NCBI GenBank assembly: GCA_965243205.1
Contig: CBDEUK010000002.1
Span: 576,001-640,000, forward strand
Source: Gammaproteobacteria bacterium
GTDB taxonomy: Bacteria; Pseudomonadota; Gammaproteobacteria; Eutrophobiales; Eutrophobiaceae
Direction of reading: 5' to 3'
DNA: 64,000 nucleotides
The position numbers and the translations under genes are program-made. Below, piece after piece: positions 29,721 to 39,971 of the stretch (within the stretch, counting starts at the first letter, position 1; each line of letters opens with the position of its first letter). A model generated the notes under the pieces. It searched no databases. It saw only the letters and a program-made list of their open reading frames with translations, and was not told where the DNA came from.

Positions 29721-30392
29721 ATGTATAAAAAAGTAATCGTTATCGTAGTTCTATGTCTATTATTGTTGGCCGTTGTATTTGATATAACTCAATATTTAAA
29801 CCTTGAACAATTAAAAGAACATCATTCAAATATAATAACTCTATACCAAGAAAATCCTGGCTTATTTATTTCAGTTTTTTTCATATCGTATGTTCTTATG
29901 TCTGCTTTATCTATTCCAGGCGCAGCTGTAATGACTTTAGTAGCAGGTTCAATATTCGGTTTAATACTAGGCAGCATTATTGTTTCATTTGCTTCTAGCA
30001 TTGGAGCTACAATCGCTTTCTTAATTGCACGCTATTTATTCAAAGATAGCATAGAGTCTAAATATCAAAAATTATTTAAAACAATAGATGAAAAAATAAA
30101 AGAAGAAGGCGCTTTTTATTTATTTACTTTACGACTAATTCCTCAAGTGCCTTTCTTTTTGATCAATCTACTAATGGGTCTAACTAACTTACCAACAAGA
30201 GTTTTTTATCTAATTAGTCAAATTGGGATGCTTCCGGCGACTATTATTTATGTAAATGCAGGCAAACAATTAGCATCTATTAATTCATTATCGGATATAT
30301 TATCACCGAATATTATTATAGCTTTTATATTATTAGGTACATTTCCTCTTATCATCAAAAAAACTGTTGATTATTTTTCAACAAAAAAATAG
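29721..30392 (+). CDS. TVP38/TMEM64 (DedA/VTT) membrane protein
   Basis: SIPGA..TL.AG..FG, LRLIPQVPFFLIN, SQIGMLPAT. Confidence 0.9.
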   Translation: MYKKVIVIVVLCLLLLAVVFDITQYLNLEQLKEHHSNIITLYQENPGLFISVFFISYVLMSALSIPGAAVMTLVAGSIFGLILGSIIVSFASSIGATIAFLIARYLFKDSIESKYQKLFKTIDEKIKEEGAFYLFTLRLIPQVPFFLINLLMGLTNLPTRVFYLISQIGMLPATIIYVNAGKQLASINSLSDILSPNIIIAFILLGTFPLIIKKTVDYFSTKK

Positions 30393-30413
30393 CGAAGTAA
30401 AATTTAGACACTT

Positions 30414-31868
30414 ATGAGTAATTATAAAAAACCAACAAAATTCGATCAAAATTTAATCGTCATCGGCGCAGGTTCTGCAGGTCTAGTGAGTGCATATATC
30501 GCTGCCGCCTTAAACGCTAAAGTTACATTAATTGAAAAACATAAAATGGGTGGTGATTGTTTAAATTTTGGTTGTGTCCCATCCAAAGCTTTAATTCGCT
30601 CTGCAAAATTTTTATCTCATATCAAACGCTCAAAAGAATTTGGTGTTCATACTGCACATGCTGAGTTTAACTTTTCAGACATTATGGAACGTGTGCAAAA
30701 TATTATTAAAACCATAGAGCCACATGATTCCATTGAACGTTATACTGAACTCGGGGTAAATGTTATTCAAGGCGAAGCCAAATTATTATCGCCTTGGATA
30801 GTAGAAGTGAATGATAGAATTATATCGAGTAAAAACATCATTATTGCAACAGGAGCAAGGCCACTCATTCCACCAATAGGTGGTTTAGAGAAAATTAACT
30901 ATCTAACCTCTGATAATTTATGGGAACTGCGTGAATTACCTAAACGTTTATTGGTATTAGGTGGAGGGCCAATAGGTTGCGAATTAAGTCAATGTTTCGC
31001 TCGTTTAGGCAGTCAAGTTACTCAAGTTGAAATGCAATCACGTTTACTAATCCGTGAAGATGAAGAAGTTTCTGCTGAAATACTTAAGAAATTTACTCAA
31101 GAAGGTATTGATGTACGATTAAATCATAAAGCGTTAGAAATTAAACAGAAAGACGGCCATAACGTATTACATTGCGAACATAGCACCGGACGGGTAGAAA
31201 TACCATTCGATCAGATACTGATCGCAGTAGGACGTAAACCCAATACTCAGAACTTTGGTTTAGAAGATATCGATATTGAATTAAATAAAAATGGTACTAT
31301 AAAAACAGACGATTACTTAAGAACCAATCATAAAAATATTTTTGCTTGTGGTGATGTCGCGGGACCATATCAATTCACTCATACAGCATCGCATCAAGCT
31401 TGGTATTGTGCTGTCAATTCATTATTTGGGAATTTAAAAAAATTCAAAGTAGATTACTCCGTTATTCCATGGGCCACGTTCACAGAACCGGAAGTTGCCC
31501 GTGTCGGTTTAAACCAATTAGAAGCGAATGAAAAAAATATTCCTTATGAAATTTCACGTTATGATATTAATGACCTTGACCGTGCTATTTCAGATAGTGA
31601 AGCTCATGGTTATATTGAAGTATTAACAAAACCTGGTAAGGATAAAATACTTGGTGTTACTATCATGGGCGAACATGCAGGTGATTTAATAGCAGAATAC
31701 GTTGCAGCTATGAAACATAATTTTGGTATGAATAAAATATTGAGCACCATTCATATCTACCCTACTCTCGCTGAAGCGAATAAATTTGTCGCTGGTAACT
31801 GGAAACGTAATCATGCCCCACAAACAATTTTAAAATGGTTAGAAACCTTTCATAAATGGATGAGATAA
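30414..31868 (+). CDS. Pyridine nucleotide-disulfide oxidoreductase (MerA/Lpd-like, TVP38-associated)
   Basis: GAGSAG, GGDCLNFGCVPSK, GGGPIG, IHIYPTLAE. Confidence 0.85.
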   Translation: MSNYKKPTKFDQNLIVIGAGSAGLVSAYIAAALNAKVTLIEKHKMGGDCLNFGCVPSKALIRSAKFLSHIKRSKEFGVHTAHAEFNFSDIMERVQNIIKTIEPHDSIERYTELGVNVIQGEAKLLSPWIVEVNDRIISSKNIIIATGARPLIPPIGGLEKINYLTSDNLWELRELPKRLLVLGGGPIGCELSQCFARLGSQVTQVEMQSRLLIREDEEVSAEILKKFTQEGIDVRLNHKALEIKQKDGHNVLHCEHSTGRVEIPFDQILIAVGRKPNTQNFGLEDIDIELNKNGTIKTDDYLRTNHKNIFACGDVAGPYQFTHTASHQAWYCAVNSLFGNLKKFKVDYSVIPWATFTEPEVARVGLNQLEANEKNIPYEISRYDINDLDRAISDSEAHGYIEVLTKPGKDKILGVTIMGEHAGDLIAEYVAAMKHNFGMNKILSTIHIYPTLAEANKFVAGNWKRNHAPQTILKWLETFHKWMR

Positions 31869-31871
31869 ATA

Positions 31872-33224
31872 ATGTCAGATTATCAATATGATCTTTTTGT
31901 CATCGGAGCTGGTTCAGGTGGGGTTCGAGCTGCACGCATGTCCGCCACGATGGGAGCTAAAGTTGCTATTGCGGAAGATAAATACCTTGGGGGTACTTGT
32001 GTAAATGTAGGCTGTGTACCTAAAAAACTGTTTGTATATGCCTCTCAATTTTCTGAGTATTTTGAATTAGCCGCTAGTTTTGGTTGGAATACTTCCAACA
32101 ATCAATTTGACTGGTCGTCACTTATTAAAAATAAAAATTCTGAAATTGAACGATTAAACTCAGTCTATGAACGAATCCTAAATAATTCAGGTGCGGAACT
32201 CATTAATGGTCGAGCGAAATTACTCGACCAACATACTATTGAAATTGATAACCAAAAATTCACAGCCGATAAAATTTTAATCGCTACTGGTGGTTGGCCT
32301 CACGTCCCTGAGATCCCAGGGAAAGAACATATTATTACCTCGAATGAAGCCTTTTTTTTGGATGTATTACCAAAAAAAATAACTATCGTAGGTGGAGGAT
32401 ATATTGCTGTTGAATTTGCAGGCATATTTAATGGTTTAGGTGTCGATACTGAATTAATTTATCGAGGTGATTTATTTTTACGTGGTTTTGATAATGATGT
32501 ACGAAATCACCTGGCTAAAGAAATGCAGCAGAAAGGTATCAATTTAATCTTTAATGATAATATTAAATCCATAAAAAAATTAGATACGGAATACGAATAC
32601 CAATTAGAAAGCGAAAATTTTCATCAAACAAATCTAATTATGTATGCCACAGGCCGTAAACCTAATACATTTAATCTTGGGCTAGAAGCAATTGGTATCG
32701 AAACTGATAATAACAATGCCATTATTGTTAATGAACAATTTCAAACCTCTGTTGAAAATATATATGCTATTGGTGATGTTATTAATCGAGTTCAGTTAAC
32801 ACCTGTAGCTCTGGCCGAAGGCATGTACTTATCTAGACATTTATTTGGTAAAGAATCGAAACCAGTTGATTATAGCAATATCCCCACAGCGGTTTTCAGT
32901 CAGCCCAATATTGGTACCGTTGGTTTAACGGAGTCTGAAGCTCGTGAGAAGTATAAGGACATAGATATTTATAAAAGCGAATTTACACCGATGAAACTTT
33001 CCTTATCTGATATAAATGAAAAGACATTAATGAAATTAATAGTTGATAAACAAACCGACAAAGTTATAGGCGCACATATGATCGGGCCTGAAGCTGGAGA
33101 AATAATACAAGGTATAGGTATTGCTTTAAAATCTGGAGCAACTAAAGCAGAATTTGATCAAACCATTGGCATTCATCCAACGACAGCCGAAGAATTTGTA
33201 ACCATGAGAGAGCCTATAAAATAA
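31872..33224 (+). CDS. gor: Glutathione-disulfide reductase
   Basis: GGTCVNVGCVPKK, GGGYIAVE, QLTPVA, GIHPTTAEEFVTMR. Confidence 0.95.
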   Translation: MSDYQYDLFVIGAGSGGVRAARMSATMGAKVAIAEDKYLGGTCVNVGCVPKKLFVYASQFSEYFELAASFGWNTSNNQFDWSSLIKNKNSEIERLNSVYERILNNSGAELINGRAKLLDQHTIEIDNQKFTADKILIATGGWPHVPEIPGKEHIITSNEAFFLDVLPKKITIVGGGYIAVEFAGIFNGLGVDTELIYRGDLFLRGFDNDVRNHLAKEMQQKGINLIFNDNIKSIKKLDTEYEYQLESENFHQTNLIMYATGRKPNTFNLGLEAIGIETDNNNAIIVNEQFQTSVENIYAIGDVINRVQLTPVALAEGMYLSRHLFGKESKPVDYSNIPTAVFSQPNIGTVGLTESEAREKYKDIDIYKSEFTPMKLSLSDINEKTLMKLIVDKQTDKVIGAHMIGPEAGEIIQGIGIALKSGATKAEFDQTIGIHPTTAEEFVTMREPIK

Positions 33225-33284
33225 CTACCTAGATTATTCAGTATAATTGTATACTGACACATCATTCATTCTAATCATTATAAA

Positions 33285-34048
33285 ATGAAGCGCGCTTTAG
33301 TTTTTATCTGTTCTTTAGTATTAGTATCATATCAGGTGATGGCTGATACAGTGTTGGTTGCTGTTTCTTCTAATATGTCTCATGCCATGCAAGATATATC
33401 AGAAGCATTTAGTCAACAAACTGACATATCTTAAAATTAAGCTACGGTTCATCTGGTAACCTAGCTCATCAAATCATTAATGGTGCACCACACCAAATAT
33501 TTCTCTCTGCAAACTCTGATTATATTAAACAAGTTCAACGAGCTAATCGAACAATAAAAAAAGAGAAAATTTATGCATTAGGAAATCTTAGTGTATTCAT
33601 ACCAAACAAATCAAAATTTATTGAAGAGACTGCATTAAATACAATCAACTATGATTTAATGTTTAATCATTACAAAAAATTTGCGTTAGCCAATCCTCAA
33701 ACAGCACCATATGGTCAAGCTGCTTTAGAAACACTGCGCAATATGGGCCTTTGGAGTTTTGACGGGAAGAAAATTGTTATCGCTGAAAATATTTCTCAAA
33801 CAACCTTGTTTGGCTTAACTGCTGCCGTTGATTTTGCGTTTATTCCGAGCTCACATTGTCACTTAAAACGTATCAGTAATACTGGTGTCTGTATTCGAGT
33901 TCCAAATCAGCTTTATAAGCCCATTATACAAACTATGGTTTTAACAAAATTTTCTGATCAAGCTTCTGAAGATTTTTTTAATTTTATGAGCTCTGACTCT
34001 GCAACTAAAATATTGAAAAAACATGGATACTCATTACCTAATATTTGA
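33285..34048 (+). pseudogene. modA: Molybdate-binding protein ModA, frameshifted (or sequencing error)
   Basis: ATG 33285 gives signal peptide and VAVSSN, stopping at TAA 33432; the -1 frame continues LKLSYGSSGNLAHQIINGAP..FLSAN into the 33659..34048 ORF (ANPQTAPYG). Confidence 0.85.
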
Positions 34049-34054
34049 TTTAAG

Positions 34055-34738
34055 ATGGATTATACTTCTATAAAAATATCGTTATTACTTGCCATATTTA
34101 CTTGCATAATATTAGTACCAATTACTATTTTATTATCCAAATGGCTTAGTCATAAAGAGTTTCCAGGTCGTTTTATTATATTAACGCTTATCGCTTTACC
34201 TTTGGTATTACCACCTACAGTGCTTGGCTTTTATCTTTTATCAATATTTAATGAACAAGCCATTATTGGAAGTGCTTTTAAATATTTATTTAATTTAAAT
34301 TTATTATTTTCTTTTGAAGGTCTATTGATTGGTTCATTAATATTCAATTTACCTTTTGCTTTTCAACCTATTCATACTGCATTTATTGCTGTTCCAAATA
34401 ACTTGAGAGAAGCTGCTTGGACTTGCGGTCTTAATTCATGGCAGAGTTTTTTACAAATTGAGCTGCCTTTAATATGGCCAGGTGTATTATCTGCTTTCAT
34501 ATTAACATTCGCTCATACACTAGGAGAGTTTGGTGTTGTATTAATGTTAGGGGGCAATATACCAGGAGAAACTAAAACCATTGCTATTGATATATATGAT
34601 CAAGTTCAATTATTTAATTACACCGCAGCGGGTAATTTATCATTAATATTATTAATTTTTTCATTCTGTTCAATTTCATCGATTTACTTTCTAAATCAAT
34701 ATTTATCCTCTAAATTAAATGTCAGACACTCTATTTAA
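34055..34738 (+). CDS. modB: Molybdate ABC transporter permease
   Basis: LPLVLPPTVLGFYL, FAHTLGEFGVVLMLGGNIPGET. Confidence 0.93.
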   Translation: MDYTSIKISLLLAIFTCIILVPITILLSKWLSHKEFPGRFIILTLIALPLVLPPTVLGFYLLSIFNEQAIIGSAFKYLFNLNLLFSFEGLLIGSLIFNLPFAFQPIHTAFIAVPNNLREAAWTCGLNSWQSFLQIELPLIWPGVLSAFILTFAHTLGEFGVVLMLGGNIPGETKTIAIDIYDQVQLFNYTAAGNLSLILLIFSFCSISSIYFLNQYLSSKLNVRHSI

Positions 34739-35822
34739 AACTCGTTTAATTTCTGAAAAGATTCCCAAACTAGATGTATCATTTAATTGCACTAGCAATG
34801 ATGTGATCGCATTACTCGGACCTTCTGGTAGTGGCAAAACAACTATTCTAAGAAGTATTGCTGGTTTACAACAAATAGAGCATGGAGAAATTATTATCGA
34901 TGGAAATCCATGGTTCGATTCAAAACAATCAATCCGACTATCACCTCAAAAACGTTCGGTTGGTTTAATGTTTCAAGACTATGCATTATTCCCACATAAA
35001 ACTGCATTCGAAAATATTGCTTTAGCAATTAATAAATCATCACGAAAAGAAATTGTTACATTTGTAAAACAATTATTGACACGTGTTAATTTACAAGGTT
35101 TACAAGATAGGTATCCTTCTCAAATGTCTGGCGGTCAAAAACAACGAGTTGCTCTTGCTCGTGCGCTGGCTAGAGAACCTGATATATTACTGTTGGATGA
35201 ACCTTTCTCTTCGGTAGATTTTTTAACCAAAAAAAAATTAATCAAAGAATTAACAATATTAATAAAACAATTAAATATTCCCGTTATTTTTGTAACACAT
35301 GATCTTGATGAAGCACGGGTTTTGGCAACCCACATCTGTGTAATACATCATGGTAAATCATTACAATTTGATAAATCTGAAACTGTATTTTCCAGCCCAA
35401 AGAACAAACAAGTTGCAAAGTTACTTGGTATGACGAATCTATTTGAAGGTGTTATAAATGAACATAATACAAGTACGCAACGCACCATAATCAAATGGAA
35501 TGATTATTTATTAGAGGCAAATTACAATAGTCATTTTAAAGTTGGAGAAAAAATAAATTGGCTTATTCCATTAGAGTATATAATTTTACATCGAAAAGAT
35601 AAGCCTTCTAATGGTGAAAAAGAAAATCCTATACAAGGCGTTATTAAAGAAATTATTCCGCTTGGGGAAACCAATTATTTAACAGTGATAGTCGATAATA
35701 AACATCCATTTACACTCAGTCTTTCAAGTCATGTAAAAAAACGTAATGAACTAAAAGAAGGCGAAATAATTACATTTTCATTATTGAGTGAATCCATTCA
35801 TATCATGCCAGAATCATTATAA
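34719..35822 (+). CDS. modC: Molybdate ABC transporter ATPase
   Basis: GPSGSGKT, MSGGQKQR, LLLDEPF; third gene of the mod operon. Confidence 0.88.
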   Translation: MSDTLFKTRLISEKIPKLDVSFNCTSNDVIALLGPSGSGKTTILRSIAGLQQIEHGEIIIDGNPWFDSKQSIRLSPQKRSVGLMFQDYALFPHKTAFENIALAINKSSRKEIVTFVKQLLTRVNLQGLQDRYPSQMSGGQKQRVALARALAREPDILLLDEPFSSVDFLTKKKLIKELTILIKQLNIPVIFVTHDLDEARVLATHICVIHHGKSLQFDKSETVFSSPKNKQVAKLLGMTNLFEGVINEHNTSTQRTIIKWNDYLLEANYNSHFKVGEKINWLIPLEYIILHRKDKPSNGEKENPIQGVIKEIIPLGETNYLTVIVDNKHPFTLSLSSHVKKRNELKEGEIITFSLLSESIHIMPESL

Positions 35823-35870
35823 TTCCAAATTGTTCTAACAGAGTTAAATTATATTGCATATACTATTAGT

Positions 35871-35956
35871 CAGGGTGGAGAAGTAAAACAACCACTTAAC
35901 AATGTCACTAATCGTGACACAACCTCGCAGTGTTGTAACAAGCGAGGGTTTCTTAT
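35871..35956 (+). ncRNA. Candidate structured sRNA or 3' UTR element with terminator
   Basis: Three consecutive hairpins (GTGG/CCAC, TGTCAC/GTGACA, CCTCGC/GCGAGG) then TTTCTT, between convergent genes. Confidence 0.35.
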
Positions 35957-35977
35957 TGGCTACAATAATCTATAAAT

Positions 35978-36340
35978 CTATTTTAAAAATTTAATTGATA
36001 AAGGGTATTCCCAAACTTCACCATCGTTCGCCTTAATACCACCCATGATTGCAAAAACAATAGATGCAATCGCTAAAGCAATAAGACCAAAAAAACCAAC
36101 AACAATTACCATTAAAATAGAGCAAACAATTCCATAAATAAAAGCACTGATCATCCAATTAACAACCGTTTTGCCATGTTGATCAACTATAGGAAATTCT
36201 TTTTTCTTCATTTGCCATAACACAATCGGTAATATGAGTCCTGCAAACGGAATAACAAAACCTGCTAACATAGAAAAATGAACAAACATTCCCCATTGGT
36301 TTGCATCTTTATCATTTGAATTAATCACTTCATTTGACAT
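35978..36340 (-). CDS. DUF4870 family membrane protein
   Basis: WGMFVHFS..PIVLW..K..VDQHGK..N....GIKANDG..YPLSI. Confidence 0.85.
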   Translation of the reverse strand: MSNEVINSNDKDANQWGMFVHFSMLAGFVIPFAGLILPIVLWQMKKKEFPIVDQHGKTVVNWMISAFIYGIVCSILMVIVVGFFGLIALAIASIVFAIMGGIKANDGEVWEYPLSIKFLK

Positions 36341-36384
36341 ACCCTACTCCCCAATTTTCATTTGAAATCATCCGATAGTGTAAT

Positions 36385-36415
36385 AAAAAAAAGCCGGACA
36401 CGCCGGCTTTTTTTT
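36385..36415 (-). terminator. Intrinsic terminator downstream of fusA (symmetric A/T tails)
   Basis: A8-GCCGG-ACACG-CCGGC-T8. Confidence 0.9.
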
Positions 36416-36433
36416 GTGAAGTTTAAGAAGCAA

Positions 36434-38521
36434 TTATTTTGCAGCTTCTTCTCGAGCTTTTACTTCTGCAATAACTTCATCAGCTACATTTTTAGGACAT
36501 GGGTTGTATTGTAAGAACTCCATTGAGAACTGACCACGCCCCGATGTCATAGTACGCAATGAGCCAATGTAGCCAAACATTTCACTTAATGGACATTCAG
36601 CTTTGATACGTACACCTGTTGGTGTTGCCTCTTGAGATTTGATCATACCTCGACGTCGATTTAAATCACCAATCACATCACCTACATTATCTTCTGGTGT
36701 GAAAACATCCACCTTCATAATTGGCTCCATCAATTGTGGGCCAGCTTTAGGCATAGTTTGACGATAAGCGGCGGTAGCAGCTAATTCAAATGCTACTGCT
36801 GATGAGTCGACAGCGTGGAAAGCACCATCAAACAATGTGACTTTAAAATCCAAGCACGGATAACCAGCCATCACACCTTTATCCATACTCTTCTGAAAGC
36901 CACCTTCAATTGCTGGCCAGAATTCACGCGGTACGTTACCACCCGTTACGGTAGATTCGAATTGAAAACCTGAGCCAGGCTCGCCTGGTTCAATGATGTA
37001 ATCGATTTTACCAAACTGACCAGAACCACCTGATTGTTTCTTATGTGTGTAAGAATCTTCTATACGTTGTGTTACCGTCTCACGATAAGCAACTTGAGGT
37101 TTACCAACTTCTACTTCAACGCCATGAGTACGTTTTAAGATATCGACTTTAATATCTAAGTGCAGCTCACCCATACCTTTTAGGATGGTTTCGCCTGAAT
37201 CTTCATCGGTTTCTACACGGAAAGATGGATCTTCTTTGATCATTTTACCGAGTGCTACACCCAATTTTTCCGATGCGCCTTTATCTTTTGGTGATACTGC
37301 GATTGAGATAACCGGATCTGGGAATACCATCGGTTCAAGCGTTGCTGGCTTGTTTGGATCACACAAAGTATGACCAGTTTGTACATTTTTCATACCCACA
37401 ACCGCGAGAATGTCACCTGCTTGTGCACTATCTAATTCGTTACGATCATCCGCATGCATTTCCACCATGCGACCAATACGCTCAGTTTTACCAGTAAAGG
37501 TGTTTAACACCGTATCACCCTTATTAATGGTGCCAGAGTAAACTCGGATAAAGGTCAAAGCACCAAAACGGTCGTCCATAATTTTGAATGCCAAAGCACG
37601 TAAAGGGCCGTTTGGATCAACAATCGCTTTACCACCTGTTTCATTGCCTTCTAAATCGACTTCTGGTTGAGGATCAACTTCGGTTGGATTAGGTAAGTAA
37701 TCGACAACAGCATCCAATACTAATTGAACACCCTTATTTTTAAATGAAGAGCCGCAATAGGTTGGGAAGAATGATAAGTTTAATGTACCTTTACGGATAC
37801 ATTTTTTAATATCTTCGATAGAAGGTTCATTACCTTCCAGATATTGCTCCATAATGTCATCGTCTTGTTCTACTGCGGTTTCGATAAGTTTTTCACGATA
37901 TTCTTCAATTTTATCCATCATATCTTCTGGTGGATCAACAATATCGAATTTAGTCGCATCTTTCTCATCTGGCCAAATGTGAGCCTTTCTTGTCAACAAA
38001 TCGACCACACCCTTGAAATCATCTTCGATACCAATTGGCAGAACCATCACTAAAGGTTGGGCGCCTAAAACGTCTTCTACTTGTTGAACCACACGATAGA
38101 AATCCGCACCCATACGGTCTAATTTATTCACATAGATAAGACGGGATACTTCAGATTCATTAGCATAGCGCCAGTTAGTTTCTGATTGAGGTTCAACCCC
38201 ACCAGAACCACAGAATACGCCAATACCGCCATCTAATACTTTTAATGAACGATAAACTTCAATCGTGAAGTCAACGTGTCCTGGAGTATCAATGACATTG
38301 AAACGGTGACCATTCCACTCACAAGTGGTCGCCGCTGACTGAATGGTAATACCACGCTCAGCTTCCTGATCCATAAAGTCCATGGTTGATTCGCCCTCGT
38401 GAACCTCACCAATTTTATGGATTTTTCCGGTTAATTTCAGAATACGCTCTGTTGTTGTGGTTTTACCCGCGTCTACATGCGCGAAAATACCAATATTTCT
38501 ATATTTGGATAAGTCAGCCAT
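36434..38521 (-). CDS. fusA: Elongation factor G (stand-alone copy)
   Basis: [38 protein letters not shown]. Confidence 0.97.
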   Translation of the reverse strand: MADLSKYRNIGIFAHVDAGKTTTTERILKLTGKIHKIGEVHEGESTMDFMDQEAERGITIQSAATTCEWNGHRFNVIDTPGHVDFTIEVYRSLKVLDGGIGVFCGSGGVEPQSETNWRYANESEVSRLIYVNKLDRMGADFYRVVQQVEDVLGAQPLVMVLPIGIEDDFKGVVDLLTRKAHIWPDEKDATKFDIVDPPEDMMDKIEEYREKLIETAVEQDDDIMEQYLEGNEPSIEDIKKCIRKGTLNLSFFPTYCGSSFKNKGVQLVLDAVVDYLPNPTEVDPQPEVDLEGNETGGKAIVDPNGPLRALAFKIMDDRFGALTFIRVYSGTINKGDTVLNTFTGKTERIGRMVEMHADDRNELDSAQAGDILAVVGMKNVQTGHTLCDPNKPATLEPMVFPDPVISIAVSPKDKGASEKLGVALGKMIKEDPSFRVETDEDSGETILKGMGELHLDIKVDILKRTHGVEVEVGKPQVAYRETVTQRIEDSYTHKKQSGGSGQFGKIDYIIEPGEPGSGFQFESTVTGGNVPREFWPAIEGGFQKSMDKGVMAGYPCLDFKVTLFDGAFHAVDSSAVAFELAATAAYRQTMPKAGPQLMEPIMKVDVFTPEDNVGDVIGDLNRRRGMIKSQEATPTGVRIKAECPLSEMFGYIGSLRTMTSGRGQFSMEFLQYNPCPKNVADEVIAEVKAREEAAK

Positions 38522-38660
38522 TGTCCACTACTCTAGTTAAGTTATTTATCAGTTAAAATCTATTAATATTATATATTTCAATAGTTTACATAAAATTAAA
38601 TCTTCTTTCGGAATTGATTGAAGATGTTGCGAGATACTTGCCACAGATTGCATGTCGCCA

Positions 38661-38700
38661 AAATCGCGCGATTATAAACTAGTTTGCTTATATATGGGAA
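38661..38700 (-). promoter_or_regulatory. Candidate sigma70 promoter of fusA with GC-rich discriminator
   Basis: Minus strand TATAAT (38676-38671) followed by CGCGCG; weak -35 TTCCCA. Confidence 0.5.
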
Positions 38701-38773
38701 TAAAGGTTTTTTACAAGGAATCGGATATCTATTTTAAGTATAAAAATCCATTCTTTTAGGAAGGTTTAATTAT

Positions 38774-38799
38774 AAAAAAACCCCGCCTTGGCGGGGTTT
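38774..38799 (-). terminator. Intrinsic terminator of the cold-shock gene
   Basis: CCCCGC/GCGGGG stem with a T7 tail on the minus strand. Confidence 0.9.
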
Positions 38800-38817
38800 A
38801 AATTCGATGTCTGAGAT

Positions 38818-39018
38818 TTATACCTCGACTGTTGTCGCTTGGGGGCCTTTTGGACCCATCTCAGATTCAAATGTTACTTGTTGTCCTTCAGCTAAGGTTT
38901 TGAAACCATCGCTTTTAATCACTGAAAAATGCACAAATACGTCTTTACTGTTGTCAGAAGGAGTAATGAAGCCAAAACCTTTGGATTCGTTAAACCATTT
39001 TACGGTACCAGTTGCCAT
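38818..39018 (-). CDS. Cold-shock protein (CspA family)
   Basis: GTVKWFN, KGFGFI, DVFVHFS. Confidence 0.96.
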   Translation of the reverse strand: MATGTVKWFNESKGFGFITPSDNSKDVFVHFSVIKSDGFKTLAEGQQVTFESEMGPKGPQATTVEV

Positions 39019-39167
39019 GTTAATTACCTCAAAAAATTAAAATAAAAGATGTTACTTATTTTGGTAATTAACAGGAGAACACTTAAACACTTCTGACAAA
39101 AACCACGATAGAATGTAACAAGGGAATTTTAACTTATTTATCAAATATCTCTAGTATTATATTTAAT

Positions 39168-39971
39168 ATGATTGTCATAATGACCGACCTAGATGGTTCT
39201 CTATTAGATCATCACACATATTCCTATGAAGAAGCTTCATCAGCACTTCAATATCTAAGAGAAAAAAGTATCCCTATCATATTTAATAGCAGCAAAACAG
39301 CAAGTGAAATTATCGAAATTCAAACACAGTTGGATCTCGATTGGCCATTTGTGGTCGAAAATGGTGCAGGGATATATTTATCAAGAACGATGGATTCAGA
39401 ATCAAATAACGTAAGCATGCATAGTTTTGGAAAACCGCGCACTGAGATCCTAGAAATACTGCGTAATATCAGGCAAAAATTCGGCTTCGCGTTTACTGGC
39501 TTCAATGATATGACAGATGAAGAATTACATAGTCATACGAATCTAAGTATGGACAAAATCTTGCTAGCTAAACAAAGAGACTTTTCAGAGCCGTTGCTAT
39601 GGCAAGACAATGAGTCTCAATGGAATGAATTTATAAAACAATTAGAGCAACACGAGCTCGTAGCAGTGAAAGGTGGACGATTTATTTCTATCACTAGTGA
39701 TGTAAATAAAGCCGATGCAGTAGACTGGTTCAAACATCATTATGCGGCAGAAACAAATTCTTCGGTCACTATTATTGCTTTGGGCGATGGTGAAAATGAT
39801 ATAAAAATGTTAAATGCCGCTGATTATGGGATTTTAATTAAATCCCCTGCACATACTCTCTCGGGCCAATCGGTTGAAAACTTAATACATACTCAAGAAT
39901 TTGGTCCAACTGGTTGGAACCAAAGCTTACTAACACTTCTTACAAAAATTAGGAAACCACTGAAATCATGA
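39168..39971 (+). CDS. gpgP: Glucosyl/mannosyl-3-phosphoglycerate phosphatase (HAD-IIB)
   Basis: TDLDGSLLD, NSSKT, FVVENG, RDFSEP, GGRF, LGDGEND. Confidence 0.82.
   Translation: MIVIMTDLDGSLLDHHTYSYEEASSALQYLREKSIPIIFNSSKTASEIIEIQTQLDLDWPFVVENGAGIYLSRTMDSESNNVSMHSFGKPRTEILEILRNIRQKFGFAFTGFNDMTDEELHSHTNLSMDKILLAKQRDFSEPLLWQDNESQWNEFIKQLEQHELVAVKGGRFISITSDVNKADAVDWFKHHYAAETNSSVTIIALGDGENDIKMLNAADYGILIKSPAHTLSGQSVENLIHTQEFGPTGWNQSLLTLLTKIRKPLKS

Noticed and set aside
30390-30413. Amber readthrough or TAG recoding fusing TVP38 to the reductase
   Set aside because: Two stops would need suppression, and TAG is a normal stop for many other genes in the window
30414-31868. Mercuric reductase MerA or dihydrolipoamide dehydrogenase
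   Set aside because: Lacks the C-terminal Cys-Cys, the NmerA domain and mer genes; also lacks the Lpd HPTxxE His and any dehydrogenase complex context
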